Virus record (IMG/VR): IMGVR_UViG_3300002301_000001
Span: 1 to 64,000 of that record
Strand: one strand, 5' to 3'
Length of the DNA stretch: 64,000 nt
Source of the DNA: a virus
A program made the position numbers and the translations under genes. The notes beneath the pieces were generated by a model. The model was not told the origin of the DNA and ran no database searches. It saw nothing but the letters and a program-made list of their open reading frames with translations. Below are positions 30,101 to 39,652 of the stretch, piece by piece. Within the stretch, counting starts at the first letter, position 1; each line of letters opens with the position of its first letter.

Positions 30101-33100
30101 ACTTGTTGATAAGATAGTACCTACAGTATACCAGGGTAAGGATAGGTTAGCTGAGTTACAAGGTAGGGATCAACCTCAGAGAGAAGAACCTGTTACCAAG
30201 GAACAGAGAGTTGCCAATGCAGAGGAGTTACAACAGAGAGTACTATATGATATTCTACCGGCTTATGAGTCCTGGAGAGATTACCTGGATAACCTGCAGA
30301 ATACAGTAGGGTATATACCGGAGGATAGTACTATTAGGAAGGTCAATGACCTTATCCATCATATGGAGCAGGAGTATACTGAGACCGGTGGTTATAGCAG
30401 AATATACACTAAGTTCCTAACCACTACTCAGTCACATCTGAATGGTATCATGAAGTACCTTACTAACCCTGACAATATTGTTAAGGATGATTATGTACGT
30501 GGTATATTCCTGGCTAAGAAGTACTTAGATACATTCAAGGATCTATTTCATACAGAGAAGTTTGCTGATATTCATCAACAGAAGTTATATGTGAATGTAG
30601 AGCAGACTAAGAGGGATGTAGAAGCTGCTATTGTACAGGCTATTAAGGACCATACAGAGGAGTTATTGGCTGGTTGGAGCACTAACCCTAAGTACACTGA
30701 TCCTACTCCTATCACTCTTGAGGATGGCACTACAACTACTAAGGGACAACTTGCTCTTATAGCAGATACTACCAGGAACAAGGATATTAACCAGGCTACT
30801 ATGTTAGCTGATACTATAGGCAATAGTGGTGTACCATTACTAGAGAATACAGGTAAGGTTATTGCAGCAGCCAGGGCACAGGTTATTGAGAATACTCATA
30901 TCATTACAGAGAGGATCAAGGAAGCTGGGAATAACCTTATAGCAGCTATGGGTACCAGTGATCCTAAGCAGTTATATGGCTTTATGTTCCAGAAGGGGTA
31001 TAATGGTAAGAAGAATGGTCAGATCATATCCCAGATAGGTACTGCATATAAGGAAGCACAGAGTGCTGTACTGGATCCTTTATTCAATCTTGATGGTTCC
31101 AGGAAGGAGTATATACCTAAGCCGGTTACTGATGAGGATCTACAATGGAATAAGGATTTGTACTACCTGAAGTTAGCCAGGACAGAGTTCGTGGCTCCTG
31201 AGATAGTAGATGGTAATTATAAGACAGGTAAGGTAACCTCTGGTGATGGTGATTATCATATGCTCACTGAAGAGTTCAAGGAGCAGAGGAAGGTGTATAT
31301 GAGGCAGGATCCTAAGCAATATGGTAAATGGATTCCTAAGAATGAGAAAGATCCTGCATATCTTGAATGGAGAGCAGCTAACTATGACTGGCAGGCATGG
31401 GTAGGGCCAGTAGTGAAGTTCAATAAGACAACAGGTAAGTTAGAGCCTACAGGACAGGTTACTGATAAGCAGGATTACTTCATTAAGAAGAAGAACTCAT
31501 TACCTCGTATGGAAGGTCCTAGTGGACAGATATTATGGGATAGTGAGTATATGAGGATAATGACTCCTAAGACAGCTACTGACAGGGCACAGGGAGAGTT
31601 CTATAAGGCATATGTATCTATTCTCAAGGAACAGGTACAGAAACTACCTCCTGGAGCTATGCAGTGGTTTGAACAGGGTTATATTCCTATGATAGGAGCT
31701 AACTGGGTACAGATGCTGTCTGATAAGGATACTAAGTTGGCCTCATTCATTACTGACCAGTTGAAGAACTTCTTTGAGATAACTGCTTATACTAACAGTG
31801 ATCGTATTATACAAGCTCCTTCACAGTCTATACCTATCATGTATATGGGTAAGCTGCAGGATCAGAAGAGAGTACAGGCTATACAGAAGGAAATTGCTGA
31901 TTGGGGTACTAAGAAGGGTAATAAGACAGGTGATGCTCTCAAGGAATGGCATAAGGAGAATGACCGGCTTATAGATATGCTCAAGAGAGAGGCTAATAAA
32001 ATGACTGCTGATCAGTTACATCCTGACCTTGTTAAGGGCCTGGAGGCATTTATCCAGATGAGTGAGAACTTTAATGTTATGACTGCTATTGAGGATAAAG
32101 TACTTGCAGTTAAGGAACAATTGAAGGTGATGGAGTTTGAGAAGAAGAATGGTTCTACTGTATATGGCCCTGAGAGTAATGCTTATAGGTTATATGAACA
32201 TGTACTCAATAGTACCTTCTATGGGGAACAGGCATCTCATTCTTTTACAGAGAAGGCTATTAACAAGATCATGAAGGTTACTTCTGCTATATCTATACCA
32301 TTGAATATCTTTGGTATGCTTAATAACAAGTTCATGGCCAGGATCAATAACAGGATAGATTCTATTGGCAGTGACTTCTTTAACAGGAAGGCTTATAACC
32401 GGATGATAGGTGTATATAACACAGAGCATATCCCGGGATATATTAAGACACGATTTGAGAATGTAGGTAATAAGGGATATAATGATAAGAAGGTAGGTTC
32501 TAAGTACGAAGGCCTTGAGCATAAGTTCCAGATGGTTAGACACCTTAACACTAATGAATCTCGAGTAGATTTCTTAGCTGAGATTGGTGGTTATGCAGGA
32601 TACGAAGCAGGTGAATGGGAGGTTCAATCTCTTGTAGGTAATGCTATATTGGATAGTATCCAGATGAAGTACACCGGCAATGATCCTAAGTTACAGGATT
32701 GTTCAGTATATGATGCCCATAAGTTCAACCCTAATACAGGTAAGACAGAACTTATAGAAGGGTACAAGTACCTCAATAAGGATGGCAGTATTGCTGAGGA
32801 TCAGAAGAAGGCAGAATACCTTATTATCAACCGTATACATGAGACTAATGACAGGATACACGGTAACTATGATCCTGCTAATAAGATCATGTTAGAGAGA
32901 AACTATGCAGGTAAGTTAATATTGCAATTCCATAAATGGGTATATCCTAACTTCAAGAGTAGGTACCAGTCAGGTAAGTTTGATGAGAACCTTGGTGGCG
33001 GTATGGATATAGAAGGTAGATACCAGTCTTTATGGACATTCATTAAGGCAATAACTAAGTTAGGAGTATCTGCTGACAGGTGGAATGAACTTACTGATCA

Positions 33101-33551
33101 CCAGAGAAGTAACCTCAAGAAGGACTTAGCTGATGCTATCTATATCTGTAGCTTATTTGCTTTTGCTACTATAGTAAGAAGTGCTACCGAGGGGCTTGGA
33201 GATGATGACCCTTATGTTAAGAGGATGAAGAACTGGCTATTATACCAGAGTGATAGGGGATTACAGGAAGTTAGTGTATTTGTACCTGGTTTTGGTTTGG
33301 TTGAAAGTTATCAACTTGCTTCTAACCCATTTGCAGCTACAGGAACATTAAGGAACTTTGCTATTATTCTTAAGGATAGTTTTGAATACCCTTTCCAGGA
33401 TGATGCTCATAGGTATATACAGAGAGGTAATTTTAAGGGAGAGAGTCATTTGTATAATAACCTACAGAAGGTAGTACCTATAGAGAAGGAATTACGCCAA
33501 TGGGAGAATTTACAGTCAATTTCTAGCTTCTACTTGGGGAATAGTAAATAA
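27180..33551 (+). CDS. Giant virion protein with zincin-like and PD-(D/E)xK nuclease domains
   Basis: 2123 aa. EEVIH and EEVAH motifs, and AGSIDLLLVSPFGDMKIIDLKTS nuclease motif. Confidence 0.8.
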   Translation: MGCPNKSLKEYQDLIAEFGEGKALAAFVLYGEDIPTVEQARQLFADSRAVFDKQVERAAEKFGLKKVVKNHIEGYVSTKTNSAGIAQVDNMNKWFQQNKEKYPTLGARIDPGNPVIIFGNRIKLASDVTDRGKIINVNFPITEGDRSNYNRRVEDIFADIFKDKRILFAQGSNLSSITSSALQSIKEPTERLVQVGKQLLQLSESSANVSEIMEKTLPELFSDYINKGNNIPLDVLGYFIASRLLQSSDSFSGRVLASLSKDKLVSSSYIRLENDPEQGLFYVDGEGLYINIAKLPIEIDRFNNVEDFIKAIELILTEEVIHTVAIALTGDKEMQAIYDELTPEEIDELGKTYGIKGLSPYNIAHEYIRTIIQEDIFGTSTTREMHPKAKNIIARALEYIINLFKESPTRVSQIVVKRIKDYIEGTRDNNHFQLISKNQQKSIIYERENEMGNIPSSSKGYTWNNNRLSTLPGKEKSGRSVTGRSNRSGEENGRNQGITENGTTGRYGSYTVTNNSGSSRGDDRILQGSFEQELNTILKDFAEKELDARIDLVQDIIVDGKSVAANAVTNVVNRTIQLADGKIGIDTLPEEVAHIWVHWLPKNSILLRDMMRDIRNRPLYDQVMAEYKNNSHYQNKDGTVNEDKIAIEAIGKMIAGAIVEQYKDKKAQTLLQRLVQWIKGVFKGKDLDAFQQSAKDILAGDTSALDMDDMRAANEKGEYYFQLSKEDEAIVKSQLKKATPIQQQVINDVYLEPHSRIILDLDTHIYSDLNIENPTIYTSVTTAIGGKKNFLDEDDNDPYEANRMWGNNFDGVLSDIIQGKDIRDTPSLTDSVREQIIPYLQGMIAGLTSDGSIALTQVIVADKESKVAGSIDLLLVSPFGDMKIIDLKTSWSSIYDKQYNTKYSTGEGAIITTPLSKAQSHSVQVGTYAKLVNLMGYPVGERRTYHLLVDTKDGKVTKFTDQGMLQHVPTENEALVDKIVPTVYQGKDRLAELQGRDQPQREEPVTKEQRVANAEELQQRVLYDILPAYESWRDYLDNLQNTVGYIPEDSTIRKVNDLIHHMEQEYTETGGYSRIYTKFLTTTQSHLNGIMKYLTNPDNIVKDDYVRGIFLAKKYLDTFKDLFHTEKFADIHQQKLYVNVEQTKRDVEAAIVQAIKDHTEELLAGWSTNPKYTDPTPITLEDGTTTTKGQLALIADTTRNKDINQATMLADTIGNSGVPLLENTGKVIAAARAQVIENTHIITERIKEAGNNLIAAMGTSDPKQLYGFMFQKGYNGKKNGQIISQIGTAYKEAQSAVLDPLFNLDGSRKEYIPKPVTDEDLQWNKDLYYLKLARTEFVAPEIVDGNYKTGKVTSGDGDYHMLTEEFKEQRKVYMRQDPKQYGKWIPKNEKDPAYLEWRAANYDWQAWVGPVVKFNKTTGKLEPTGQVTDKQDYFIKKKNSLPRMEGPSGQILWDSEYMRIMTPKTATDRAQGEFYKAYVSILKEQVQKLPPGAMQWFEQGYIPMIGANWVQMLSDKDTKLASFITDQLKNFFEITAYTNSDRIIQAPSQSIPIMYMGKLQDQKRVQAIQKEIADWGTKKGNKTGDALKEWHKENDRLIDMLKREANKMTADQLHPDLVKGLEAFIQMSENFNVMTAIEDKVLAVKEQLKVMEFEKKNGSTVYGPESNAYRLYEHVLNSTFYGEQASHSFTEKAINKIMKVTSAISIPLNIFGMLNNKFMARINNRIDSIGSDFFNRKAYNRMIGVYNTEHIPGYIKTRFENVGNKGYNDKKVGSKYEGLEHKFQMVRHLNTNESRVDFLAEIGGYAGYEAGEWEVQSLVGNAILDSIQMKYTGNDPKLQDCSVYDAHKFNPNTGKTELIEGYKYLNKDGSIAEDQKKAEYLIINRIHETNDRIHGNYDPANKIMLERNYAGKLILQFHKWVYPNFKSRYQSGKFDENLGGGMDIEGRYQSLWTFIKAITKLGVSADRWNELTDHQRSNLKKDLADAIYICSLFAFATIVRSATEGLGDDDPYVKRMKNWLLYQSDRGLQEVSVFVPGFGLVESYQLASNPFAATGTLRNFAIILKDSFEYPFQDDAHRYIQRGNFKGESHLYNNLQKVVPIEKELRQWENLQSISSFYLGNSK
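28513..28782 (+). CDS. Nested +1-frame ORF inside the giant protein gene
   Basis: 89-aa helical, protein-like sequence with an A-rich initiation region, while the host frame is G/S/R/N low-complexity here. Confidence 0.6.
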   Translation: MNEKMRWGISQAVAKDIPGIIIDYLLYLERKKVGGVSPEDQIEVEKKMEEIRESQKMGQLEDTDLIQLLTIVDHPEEMIEYYKDLLSKN

Positions 33552-33589
33552 TTTGTATCTTAGTATTACACAATGTAACAACAACTATT

Positions 33590-33907
33590 ATGCAAACTGT
33601 AACAACAAACTGTAATTTATTTTTCTTTGTCCACCTTGATTCTGCTGGACACCCGATTCCAGGTACAATGTTCTCTAAGATCAAGGATAATAAGACAGAT
33701 CCTGGATATTTTTGTAGAGAAGGAAGATTACCTAAGACACAAATGACTGTGCCTGCTGGTAAGACAAGGTGCTGGGGACCTAATAAACTCCGTTATTTCT
33801 ATCGTATTAACTGTATAACCGGTGATATCATTCCTAATAGTATGTTCTCTCGTCAAGGTAAACCATCTAATATGTACGGGATATTGGAGTATATCATCTG
33901 GAACTAG
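33590..33907 (+). CDS. Small protein with internal duplication
   Basis: G.PIPGTMFS / G.IIPNSMFS repeat. Confidence 0.6.
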   Translation: MQTVTTNCNLFFFVHLDSAGHPIPGTMFSKIKDNKTDPGYFCREGRLPKTQMTVPAGKTRCWGPNKLRYFYRINCITGDIIPNSMFSRQGKPSNMYGILEYIIWN

Positions 33908-33919
33908 TATCTTTACATC

Positions 33920-34213
33920 ATGGAACCAACTATACCTCAACTCTCTTTCCTCAAGAAGAATTCTGTCATTGACTTATCTATAGGTACTCGTCTTATAGAG
34001 TCTTTATTAGTATGTCAGCAGTATCTTCTTGAGGGAAGGAGTAAGGAGGAGATTGAGGCTATTAAGGGGCATATTGCCAGTGGGCAGGAACTTTCATCCT
34101 GGGAGACTTCTTTAGTTGCTGTAGGTACTCTTATCAAGAATATTTATGATACTGCTGAGTCTACCGGTTGTATAGAGTATAGAGGTCTTGATAATGTTAT
34201 GCGAGAGGGTTAG
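33920..34213 (+). CDS. Hypothetical protein, last + strand gene
   Basis: 97-aa ORF preceded by TATCTTTA. Confidence 0.6.
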   Translation: MEPTIPQLSFLKKNSVIDLSIGTRLIESLLVCQQYLLEGRSKEEIEAIKGHIASGQELSSWETSLVAVGTLIKNIYDTAESTGCIEYRGLDNVMREG

Positions 34214-34617
34214 TCATCTTCCAGTAGTTCATCTTTCTCTTTTATTGAGAAGCTATAGTATTGAAGTACGTATATAGGATTTCCTTTGTGTTTTCTTACT
34301 CTTCCATTAGCCCAGGAGAGTAGTGCTTCGGGATCCTCAGGTACTGGTGGTATAATAGTTTCCCGGTGTACTATCCTGCCTCCAACCACATTCCCCGGTA
34401 TCCATCCTATATTCACCACATCCTCTATATTACCACTGATCACGCCTCTCCTGATCCTTTTCTTTACTTTCTCATCTTCTACCCAGGTTTCTTTCTGTTC
34501 TATTCCTATACATGCCTGGATATTGTCATTATCATCTACTATGATGTTTATAGTACCTTCATAGCCATTATCGCTTACTTCGGGTTTACTTAGTTTTATG
34601 TTTTCTTTTATACTCAT
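34210..34617 (-). CDS. Hypothetical protein
   Basis: 135-aa ORF at the end of the - strand block. Confidence 0.6.
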   Translation of the reverse strand: MSIKENIKLSKPEVSDNGYEGTINIIVDDNDNIQACIGIEQKETWVEDEKVKKRIRRGVISGNIEDVVNIGWIPGNVVGGRIVHRETIIPPVPEDPEALLSWANGRVRKHKGNPIYVLQYYSFSIKEKDELLEDD

Positions 34618-34632
34618 TAGCTTTTCTTTTTA

Positions 34633-34902
34633 TCACTCTTCCCATTCTATAGATACACTATAATCTGTATCTATCCAGGTATCTTCATCCTCGTCATCCT
34701 CATAGTCTATATCATCCAGTGATGTTTTCATATTCTTCTTGTAGCTCCTTTCTCCTTCTGCCTCTATCAATGAATCTGTGAAGGGGTCTTTCCACTTTAT
34801 TATATTCTTGTCCATGCACATTGCCTCTAGCTCTCGCATTGTAAGATACCAGAAAAAGGATGTAGGAATTTCCAATGTATGACAAGGGCACTGATACAAC
34901 AT
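34633..34902 (-). CDS. Hypothetical protein with acidic tail
   Basis: 89-aa ORF in operon. Confidence 0.55.
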   Translation of the reverse strand: MLYQCPCHTLEIPTSFFWYLTMRELEAMCMDKNIIKWKDPFTDSLIEAEGERSYKKNMKTSLDDIDYEDDEDEDTWIDTDYSVSIEWEE

Positions 34903-34996
34903 TTTTTCTATTTTATTGTAAAGTTAGCAGTATTTATTATTACTCTATAGATTTTTTATAGGATTTTACCGGAGTACTTATTATTTTCTCCATAGA

Positions 34997-35572
34997 TCAC
35001 TTCCATTTTAGCCTATGTTTAATTAGTTCTATTGATATACCTATTTGGACTGACCACTCTTTTACAGTTTTTCTTTCTCCATTATATTCTAGGTATAGAT
35101 TATTTCTTTTATTATTAGCTTGTTCTGTCCAGGTAGCCCATTTACAGTTTTCCGGACTATAGCCTTTGTTATTATCTATACGATCTATGCTATGTTTGGG
35201 AGTTGTTTTAGGCCCCATATCTTCAAGGAAGTTCTGGAATCCTTTTTCTTTATCCATCCATCTATTGCACACAGTTATACCTCTTCCTCCATAATCTTTA
35301 TAATGTTTGTTTTTTAACTGGTAACATCTTAGTTTTATTGCTACTAGAGTTTTATATTCACTTGTTTTTGACTTCCCGTGTTTATAGGAACCTTGTATAC
35401 AACCACAGGTTTTTATTCTTCCTGCTTCTACGGCTTTTACACATGTTCTGTACTCTTTTCCACAATGACATCTGTATATACCCATTGGGTGACTATAGTA
35501 ATAACCGGTTTTCTTATGTAGATAAGTTCTCGGTTCTGCTTCTCTTATGAATATTGGTTTTGGTATTTCCAT
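34997..35572 (-). CDS. HNH homing endonuclease
   Basis: RC...YKDYGGRGITVC.RW...SIDRIDNNKGYSPENCKWAT. Ends at a TGA that looks premature. Confidence 0.9.
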   Translation of the reverse strand: MEIPKPIFIREAEPRTYLHKKTGYYYSHPMGIYRCHCGKEYRTCVKAVEAGRIKTCGCIQGSYKHGKSKTSEYKTLVAIKLRCYQLKNKHYKDYGGRGITVCNRWMDKEKGFQNFLEDMGPKTTPKHSIDRIDNNKGYSPENCKWATWTEQANNKRNNLYLEYNGERKTVKEWSVQIGISIELIKHRLKWK

Positions 35573-35740
35573 GATATCAATATTTCCCCGCATACAGGTG
35601 CTGATACACACTGATTAGGTGGGTTCCTGTATGGGGGATATTTTGAGGTTGGATTATTAGTATCATGATCAATGTGTATTCAGCACTACGAATGTACTAT
35701 ATTTTACTCACTATTCCTATTATTTGCTGTATTTATTTTA

Positions 35741-36178
35741 TTACAGATTGTACTTCTCTTTGATCTTCTCTCTTCTTCTATTTACTTCCGGATACTTGGT
35801 AGGATCATTCTCTACACTCGCATGTTCATCTACTGTCATCAGTATACAGTTTGATGTTACATATCTACCTTCTTTCCACACACTCTTAGGCACTATATGA
35901 TGTATACAGGCTTTGTTAGTTTCTGATCCCAGGTAGATATTGCTTATCTCACTGTAGGGCCCTCTTACTTGCCATAGTTGGTCATAGAACACCTTATCAT
36001 TCTCTTGCTGCTCTTTCTGGGCCAATTTCTCCTCATCTGTCTTCTTCTTTACCTTGAGCTTACCTGATCTTTTCAACCCACTCTTACTACCTTGTAGGCT
36101 CTGGAATGACTGTTTGAAGGTACTTGTTCTATTCAGTGGTTTCTGTTTGGTCTTGAATGGGGTTCTCTTTAGTGGCAT
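35741..36178 (-). CDS. HNH-family nuclease
   Basis: SEIS...HHIVPKS...NCILMT..EH with a basic N-terminus. Confidence 0.65.
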   Translation of the reverse strand: MPLKRTPFKTKQKPLNRTSTFKQSFQSLQGSKSGLKRSGKLKVKKKTDEEKLAQKEQQENDKVFYDQLWQVRGPYSEISNIYLGSETNKACIHHIVPKSVWKEGRYVTSNCILMTVDEHASVENDPTKYPEVNRRREKIKEKYNL

Positions 36179-36395
36179 CTGGATAGTCTTTTAATATTTC
36201 TTCTTTCATTGCTTTATTCATTTGTTCTATCCCGGCATCATTGGTGTACATAGTACCTCTGCCTGTGGTTACTTTCCAGGTATGACATAGTTGTCCATCT
36301 TCTATCCATTCACACTTTTCTATACCTAGGCCATCTTTGTATATCTCCCGGAATACCTCTTCCATTTTCTCCTTACTAAACTTCTTATTTTCCAT
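36129..36395 (-). CDS. Hypothetical protein
   Basis: ORF in tightly packed operon. Confidence 0.55.
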   Translation of the reverse strand: MENKKFSKEKMEEVFREIYKDGLGIEKCEWIEDGQLCHTWKVTTGRGTMYTNDAGIEQMNKAMKEEILKDYPDATKENPIQDQTETTE

Positions 36396-36993
36396 CTTTT
36401 TCTATTTTACTTATCTGGTAACCTGGATCTTCTATTAGTTTCTTTGCTATTTGGTATCCAGCAGTTATAGTATCATGCAACTTACTCATTATTGTCAAGT
36501 GCCTTTTTTGTTGCCTTAGATCTTCTAAGATTTCTTCAAGACTTGTATACAACTTCTGGTTCCATGATGTTTCCTGTACTCTCTGGTTATAGTCGATTTT
36601 ACCTATTTCAGCTAACTTCTCCTCATACCATTTATCTGCTGCTGTTCCTGGATATCCTTCGTATGGTATCTCTCCAGTTAGTACTTTCTTAGCCATTTCA
36701 TCTTTCTTCTCTTGCAGTTTCTGACTATCTTCATAACTCATCCATCCCTGTACTTCTTCCTGTATACCAGCACTTGTCTCTATCCTTGCTTCTCCTACTA
36801 TGTCATTGTCTACAGGTATTACAGTTACTTCATTAGCGAACCATGCTCCTACATTACCTTGATTTATACACCAGTATCCGGGAGCATTATCTATGTGCTC
36901 ATTTATCATTGGAGTAGCTATTCGCCATATATCTGATATACCTTCTATCTGGAATTTTTCTCCCCATACTTCTTCTAACTTCATGATTATCAA
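36385..36993 (-). CDS. Hypothetical protein
   Basis: 202-aa ORF in operon. Confidence 0.6.
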   Translation of the reverse strand: MIIMKLEEVWGEKFQIEGISDIWRIATPMINEHIDNAPGYWCINQGNVGAWFANEVTVIPVDNDIVGEARIETSAGIQEEVQGWMSYEDSQKLQEKKDEMAKKVLTGEIPYEGYPGTAADKWYEEKLAEIGKIDYNQRVQETSWNQKLYTSLEEILEDLRQQKRHLTIMSKLHDTITAGYQIAKKLIEDPGYQISKIEKDGK

Positions 36994-37069
36994 TTTATTA
37001 CCCCCAGAGTACAGAAGAGTGTGTATTGGTGCTACAACATCTCTCCTATTACTCCTCTGGTGGTATTGG

Positions 37070-37354
37070 TTACTTGAATGTTTCGTCTATTACTATTTCT
37101 TTGAATTGCTCCAGAGCATACATATTAGCTACTACATCTGGAGTTTCTCCCATAGGTGTTTCTATAGGGAATATACCTCTTTTATTAGTTACTATCTCTG
37201 TAACGAATTCATCTAATACTTCTTTAGCATATTCTCTCATCATTGCTACTACCTCTATATATTCCCATCCAGATGAGTTGCCACTTCCATCACTATTTTC
37301 TGCATACAGGACCTCTCTTTTACTATCGAATATTATATCATCTATACTTCTCAT
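37070..37354 (-). CDS. Hypothetical protein
   Basis: 94-aa ORF in operon. Confidence 0.55.
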   Translation of the reverse strand: MRSIDDIIFDSKREVLYAENSDGSGNSSGWEYIEVVAMMREYAKEVLDEFVTEIVTNKRGIFPIETPMGETPDVVANMYALEQFKEIVIDETFK

Positions 37355-37367
37355 ATTACATCTGCTT

Positions 37368-38375
37368 TTATACTGTTACTGGTTCTGGTTTACCATTAAT
37401 CTTATCCATTACCATTGCTGTGAGTTCTTCTTTATACTCAGGATTATCTCGTAGGAATATCTTGAGTTTATCATCTCCCTGTAACTTTGTTTCTCCTATT
37501 GTATACCATCCTGCAGCACCTTTCTGGAGTAGTTTGAACTCTACTGCAGCATCTACTATCTCCTGTTCACGATCTACTCCATGTCCCCAGGTAATGTTGA
37601 ATGTGGCAATTCCATAAGGGCACGAACATTTATTCTTGATTATCTCTACTTTGGTCTTGTTCTGCTCTCCTTCTTTATCTACTGACTTAGTGAACTTGAA
37701 CCTCATATCACTGTAGAATTTCCAACTCAAGCCACCAGTAGATTGGTTTACATCACCATAGGAGCCTATTTGCTGCCTTATCTGGCTTATACCTATCATA
37801 GTACACCGGTTAGGCTTTAGTAGTGGTTTTATCTTACCAAGGCCTTGGCTATTGATCCTTGCCTGTAGTCCTATTGATTGATCTCCAGTATCACCATCAA
37901 CTACTTTACGTGGCATTCCAGCTGTATGAGAATCCTTTACAACTAGTCTTACTTCTCCTGTCTTGATTAGTTCCTCTGCTATGTTATACCCATCTTCCAG
38001 ACATTCTGGCTGCACTATTACCAGTTTACTCATGTCAATGTTCAGTGCTTCTGCATAGGTTCTGTCAAAGGCCTGTTCATAGTCTATCAGTACTGTCTTA
38101 CCTATCTGCTGGAAGTTAGCTATTGCATGTAATGACAGAGTACTCTTTCCACTTGATTCCATACCCAGGAACTCTATCAGTTTACCTACAGGCAGTCCAT
38201 TGCAACCACTGGCAATGTCTATTGTCAATGATCCAGAAGGTACTACTTCTAGTTTCTCATCAGTATCTTTACCATGTATAATTGTCCCCCGGCCAAACTT
38301 GCCTTCAAGGGCCTTAATTTTCTCCTCGAACTTGTCTTTTACTTCTCCTTCCTGTGCTTTCTTTGATACTGCCAT
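37368..38375 (-). CDS. recA: RecA recombinase
   Basis: SGSLTID, Walker A GMESSGKST, DYEQA, IGLQAR, GGLSWKFYS and KNK motifs. Confidence 0.95.
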   Translation of the reverse strand: MAVSKKAQEGEVKDKFEEKIKALEGKFGRGTIIHGKDTDEKLEVVPSGSLTIDIASGCNGLPVGKLIEFLGMESSGKSTLSLHAIANFQQIGKTVLIDYEQAFDRTYAEALNIDMSKLVIVQPECLEDGYNIAEELIKTGEVRLVVKDSHTAGMPRKVVDGDTGDQSIGLQARINSQGLGKIKPLLKPNRCTMIGISQIRQQIGSYGDVNQSTGGLSWKFYSDMRFKFTKSVDKEGEQNKTKVEIIKNKCSCPYGIATFNITWGHGVDREQEIVDAAVEFKLLQKGAAGWYTIGETKLQGDDKLKIFLRDNPEYKEELTAMVMDKINGKPEPVTV

Positions 38376-38388
38376 TGTCTATATTGTT

Positions 38389-38817
38389 TTAGTGTGTTAT
38401 GATTACCCCTATATATTGCATTACCTTCTTCAACTCGTTGATTGATTTTATCTCTCCATAGAACAGTGATTGTGGTGCTTTTGTTATTAGTATCGGTTCC
38501 TGATCTGCATATGGGAAGTAGAGTTGGTATTCTCCATAGTAGTATTTCCAGTCATCTGCTTTATTGCCATCGAACTTCCATCCCAATGACTCTATATCTT
38601 CTTTATCCAGGTACTTGGTTCTGATTCTCTGGTCCTGTATTAGTCCTTCTATGCCTTTTATAGAGAATCCTTGGAAGTTGTAGTCCCATTTCTGCCAGGT
38701 ATCTTTATCTACACCATCCAGTACTGACCAATCTCCATTGGCTTTCTGTAACCACTCCATCTCATAGTTTATCCAGATTTCATTCAGCTCCGGTGTATAG
38801 TACTTATTATCTTTCAT
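38389..38817 (-). CDS. Hypothetical phage protein
   Basis: KYYTP...KYLDKEDIESLGW...F.GEIKSINELK. Confidence 0.6.
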   Translation of the reverse strand: MKDNKYYTPELNEIWINYEMEWLQKANGDWSVLDGVDKDTWQKWDYNFQGFSIKGIEGLIQDQRIRTKYLDKEDIESLGWKFDGNKADDWKYYYGEYQLYFPYADQEPILITKAPQSLFYGEIKSINELKKVMQYIGVIITH

Positions 38818-38818
38818 G

Positions 38819-39076
38819 TTATATCATTTTTACTGTATATTCCCATACACTTTCTATCCTTTCAGTACCAGTGATCCTTCTCCAGAAGTTGATTATCCAC
38901 CACCGGGATTTTATCAGTTTCTCTATCTGTACTGGTTTTGACATTACTCTTAACTTTCTACTTCCAGTTATTATCTCTTCTGCACTAAATGCTCTGCGAG
39001 ATAATAGTATTTTGAATGGGTTTCCTTCTGGCCCTACACAATTTATCTCTTCCATATTATGACTCATTATCCTCAA
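38819..39076 (-). CDS. Hypothetical protein
   Basis: ORF in operon. Confidence 0.5.
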   Translation of the reverse strand: MRIMSHNMEEINCVGPEGNPFKILLSRRAFSAEEIITGSRKLRVMSKPVQIEKLIKSRWWIINFWRRITGTERIESVWEYTVKMI

Positions 39077-39208
39077 GATACTCTTTTATCCCATCCCTGA
39101 TCACTTGTTCTGCTCCTGCTACATTGATACCGGATTCTTCTAGTTTCTGTACCAGGATTTCTGCTAACTCCTGTATGTGTTTGCGTTTTAGTACCATATG
39201 TATGTCAG

Positions 39209-39592
39209 TTATTGATTATGTAACATTTCTATATACTTTGCTCTTATCTTCTCCATACCCGGGATATCATTGAGTTTATCCTCATGTTGATAGATCGTAC
39301 TTCTGTGACTCTTGACCATATCTGCTATTTCCTGGTAGTCATATCCTATCTCTCTTGCTGCTTGTATGAATAGTTTCCTTGGTGCTATTACTTCATACTT
39401 TCTACCCTGTCCAGTTGCTATACTATCTATTTCGAAGTGTTTGAGGGTTAGTTTCATCAGCTTATCCAGTGTTATGTCCATTAACCTTGTATCTGCATGG
39501 CACACTAATGGAATACCGGTGAGTATTTGGAATTCTTTTCTGTACTTCTGCAGCAATTCCTGTATCTGCAATCTTATACTCTTATCTCCCAT
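39209..39592 (-). CDS. DnaA C-terminal-like HTH protein
   Basis: R..EV..PR.LF...AREIGY.YQEIA.....HRSTI pattern. Confidence 0.6.
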   Translation of the reverse strand: MGDKSIRLQIQELLQKYRKEFQILTGIPLVCHADTRLMDITLDKLMKLTLKHFEIDSIATGQGRKYEVIAPRKLFIQAAREIGYDYQEIADMVKSHRSTIYQHEDKLNDIPGMEKIRAKYIEMLHNQ

Positions 39593-39609
39593 TATATGGT
39601 TATTTATAT

Positions 39610-39644
39610 AGGTAGAGTAGCTTTTGGTTATTACTACTCTACCT
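39610..39644. terminator. Intergenic 11-bp hairpin
   Basis: AGGTAGAGTAG / CTACTCTACCT. Confidence 0.55.
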
Positions 39645-39652
39645 TATATTGA

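Noticed and set aside
13960-33000. Many antisense and alternative-frame ORFs inside the giant genes, including 27559-27996
   Set aside because: They have the L/I/S/M-rich composition of shadow frames and the main frame is protein-like there. Only 28513-28782 stands out.
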